A stretch of DNA of 64,000 nt from positions 21,328,001-21,392,000 of the forward strand of contig NC_043007.1 of the NCBI RefSeq assembly GCF_006345805.1. Reading direction: 5' to 3'. Each line of letters starts with the position of its first letter. Position 1 is the first letter of the stretch. The notes beneath the pieces were generated by a model that was not told where the DNA came from, did no database searches, and saw only the letters and a program-made list of their open reading frames with translations. Origin of the DNA: Octopus sinensis. Taxonomy: Eukaryota. Of the stretch, positions 61,835 to 64,000 are shown piece by piece. The position numbers and the translations under genes are program-made.

Positions 61835-62129
61835 TATATTATAATATATATATATATATATAAGGCTTACTATTGATACTAACGTCTGCGCATGTGTGTG
61901 TGTGTGTGTATATATATGTATGTGTGTGTGTGCATGTGTGTGTGTGTATGTGTGTGTGTGTGCGCACGTGTACTTGTGTGAGTGTGTGAGCAGATTTATC
62001 ATGTTAAGTGTTTGATATTTCCTGTTTATTAATGTTTCAAGTGTTATTCTTTGTTAATTGTGTATATGTGTGTATGTGTGTATATTTTATACATACATGT
62101 ATCAATTAATATATAAAAATATATGTATA

Positions 62130-63014
62130 TGTATCCATGAGTGTGTGTATGTGCGTATGTGTATGTGTGTGTGTGTGTGTGTGTGTGTATGAGTACATGT
62201 GTGTACATATATATACAAACACACTCACAAACTCTCGCACACACACTATCGCATGCACAAACTTTCATGCATACACACACATGCGCAGGCTCACACTCTC
62301 ACACAGACACTCTCACACACACATACTCGAACGCACACACTCTCACACACTCTCTCTAACACACAAACTCTATCTCTCACACACACAAATGCACAAACAT
62401 ACACACACTCACACACGCACACACATTCACACACACACACACACTCACATACACACACACTCTCAAACAAGACACACACACTCACACACACACACTCTCT
62501 CATGCACACAAACACTATCTCACACACATACACACACATACACACACACCTACACACACACACACTTACATGCATACACACACACACACTCTGTCTCACA
62601 CATGCACAAACTTTATCACACACACAAACACACACTCTCTCTCTCACACACACTCTCACGCATACACAAACTCTATCTCACACACACAGAAACACAAACA
62701 TACACACATTCACACACACACACTCTCTCACATACACACACACTCTTACACACACACTCTTACACACACACTTTCACATACACACACACACACACACCTT
62801 CACACATTTTTTCACACACACTCTCTCTCTCACACATACAATCTCACACACACACGTACTCACTCTCTCACACACACTCTCACACATGCACAAATTTATC
62901 TCTCACACACCACACACACTTTCACACACATACACTCTCTCTCACACATGCACAAACTCTATCACACACACACATACACACACACACTTTCACACACACA
63001 CTTTCACACACTTT

Positions 63015-63051
<37 letters not shown>

Positions 63052-64000
63052 TCACACATTTTTACACACACACACTCTCTTTCACACATACTCTCACTCA
63101 CACACTTTCATACACACACACACACACACACACGCACTCACTCTCTCACACATACACAAATTTATCTCTCACACACACACTCTCACACATGCACAAATTC
63201 TATCACACACACACACACACACACGTAGTAGGTTTGACATTGTAGGCTGGTGACATGCTTTTCCTACAAATGTCACACACAGCTTGACAAAGTAATTAGA
63301 GCCAACAACAGTTGTAAAAAATCTCTTACTATAAACCAAAGCAAAGGGATGTGTGGCATGGCCATGTTGTCTGCCTCTCTCCATCTCCAAACCACACAAA
63401 TGGTCAAATGGCTAGCACACACTTTCTACAAGGACATATTTTCTACCCTCTTTCTCTCATTTCCTCCACTTCTCTTTTTCCTTTTGTCTTTCTCTCTCTC
63501 TTCCTGTGTGTGTGTGTGTGTGTGTGTCTCTCTCTCTCTCTTACGCCCATTCACACACATACTTATATAAATGTATACATTCACACACATACTTATATAA
63601 ATGTATACGTATAAACACTCAGACACATGGATGCAAACACACACATCCATATGCATGCATGCACACGCTCACACACACACATACACATACACACACACAC
63701 TCACTCCAACTCACACATATGAATATATAAGCCACACACACACACCCACATACACACACACCCACATACACACACACACTCCAACTCACACATGAATATA
63801 CAAGCGACACACACTCACACACACACACACACACACACATTCAAACTCAAGGACATGAATGTACATGTCACACACACACACACATGCAAACATATACACG
63901 CACATACACATATATGCACACATACACATGCAAACATGCATTCTCAAATACGCATATGCACAAACTCACACTCGCACATATCAATGTACATGCCACACAC
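62130..64000. repeat. (CA)n/(CT)n-rich low-complexity region
   Basis: Direct inspection; source of the HT/CV ORFs. Confidence 0.95.

Noticed and set aside
62137-63253. His/Thr-rich ORFs of 227-363 aa
   Set aside because: (CA)n low complexity.

Overview
AT-rich eukaryotic non-coding DNA (intron or intergenic), packed with microsatellites and short retroposons. The repeat repertoire looks like an octopod cephalopod (Octopus-like); that is inferred from recalled repeat families, not from a search. I cannot support any host protein-coding gene, rRNA, true tRNA or CRISPR array. Nearly all ORFs in the track are translations of simple repeats. The only real coding remnants are transposon-derived: a 5'-truncated Tx1/L1-clade LINE ORF2 C-terminus with CCHC finger (23.5-24.3 kb), two R4/Dong-clade fragments (2.4-3.1 kb), a decayed maT/DD37D-like Tc1/mariner transposase (11.7-12.1 kb) and a deleted mariner (41.7-42.0 kb). 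There are several tRNA-headed SINE families (my working labels A, B, C, E, F), a (GAT)n-tailed RTE-type 3' end (D), two piggyBac-type TTAA MITE families and Helentron-like HINEs. The most interesting hidden layer is a set of at least 9 minimal type I hammerhead-ribozyme motifs from several sequence families. Two have intact cores, at 40296-40355 (+) and 49049-49118 (-). Most lie 80-170 nt upstream of a (TA)n tract, and fold-back palindromes sit among the same elements, which matches Penelope-like-element terminal repeats. A second theme is that different non-LTR clades sit in different microsatellites: Tx1 in (TATC)n, Dong in (TAA)n, hammerhead elements in (TA)n. One SINE family carries the Tx1 3' tail.
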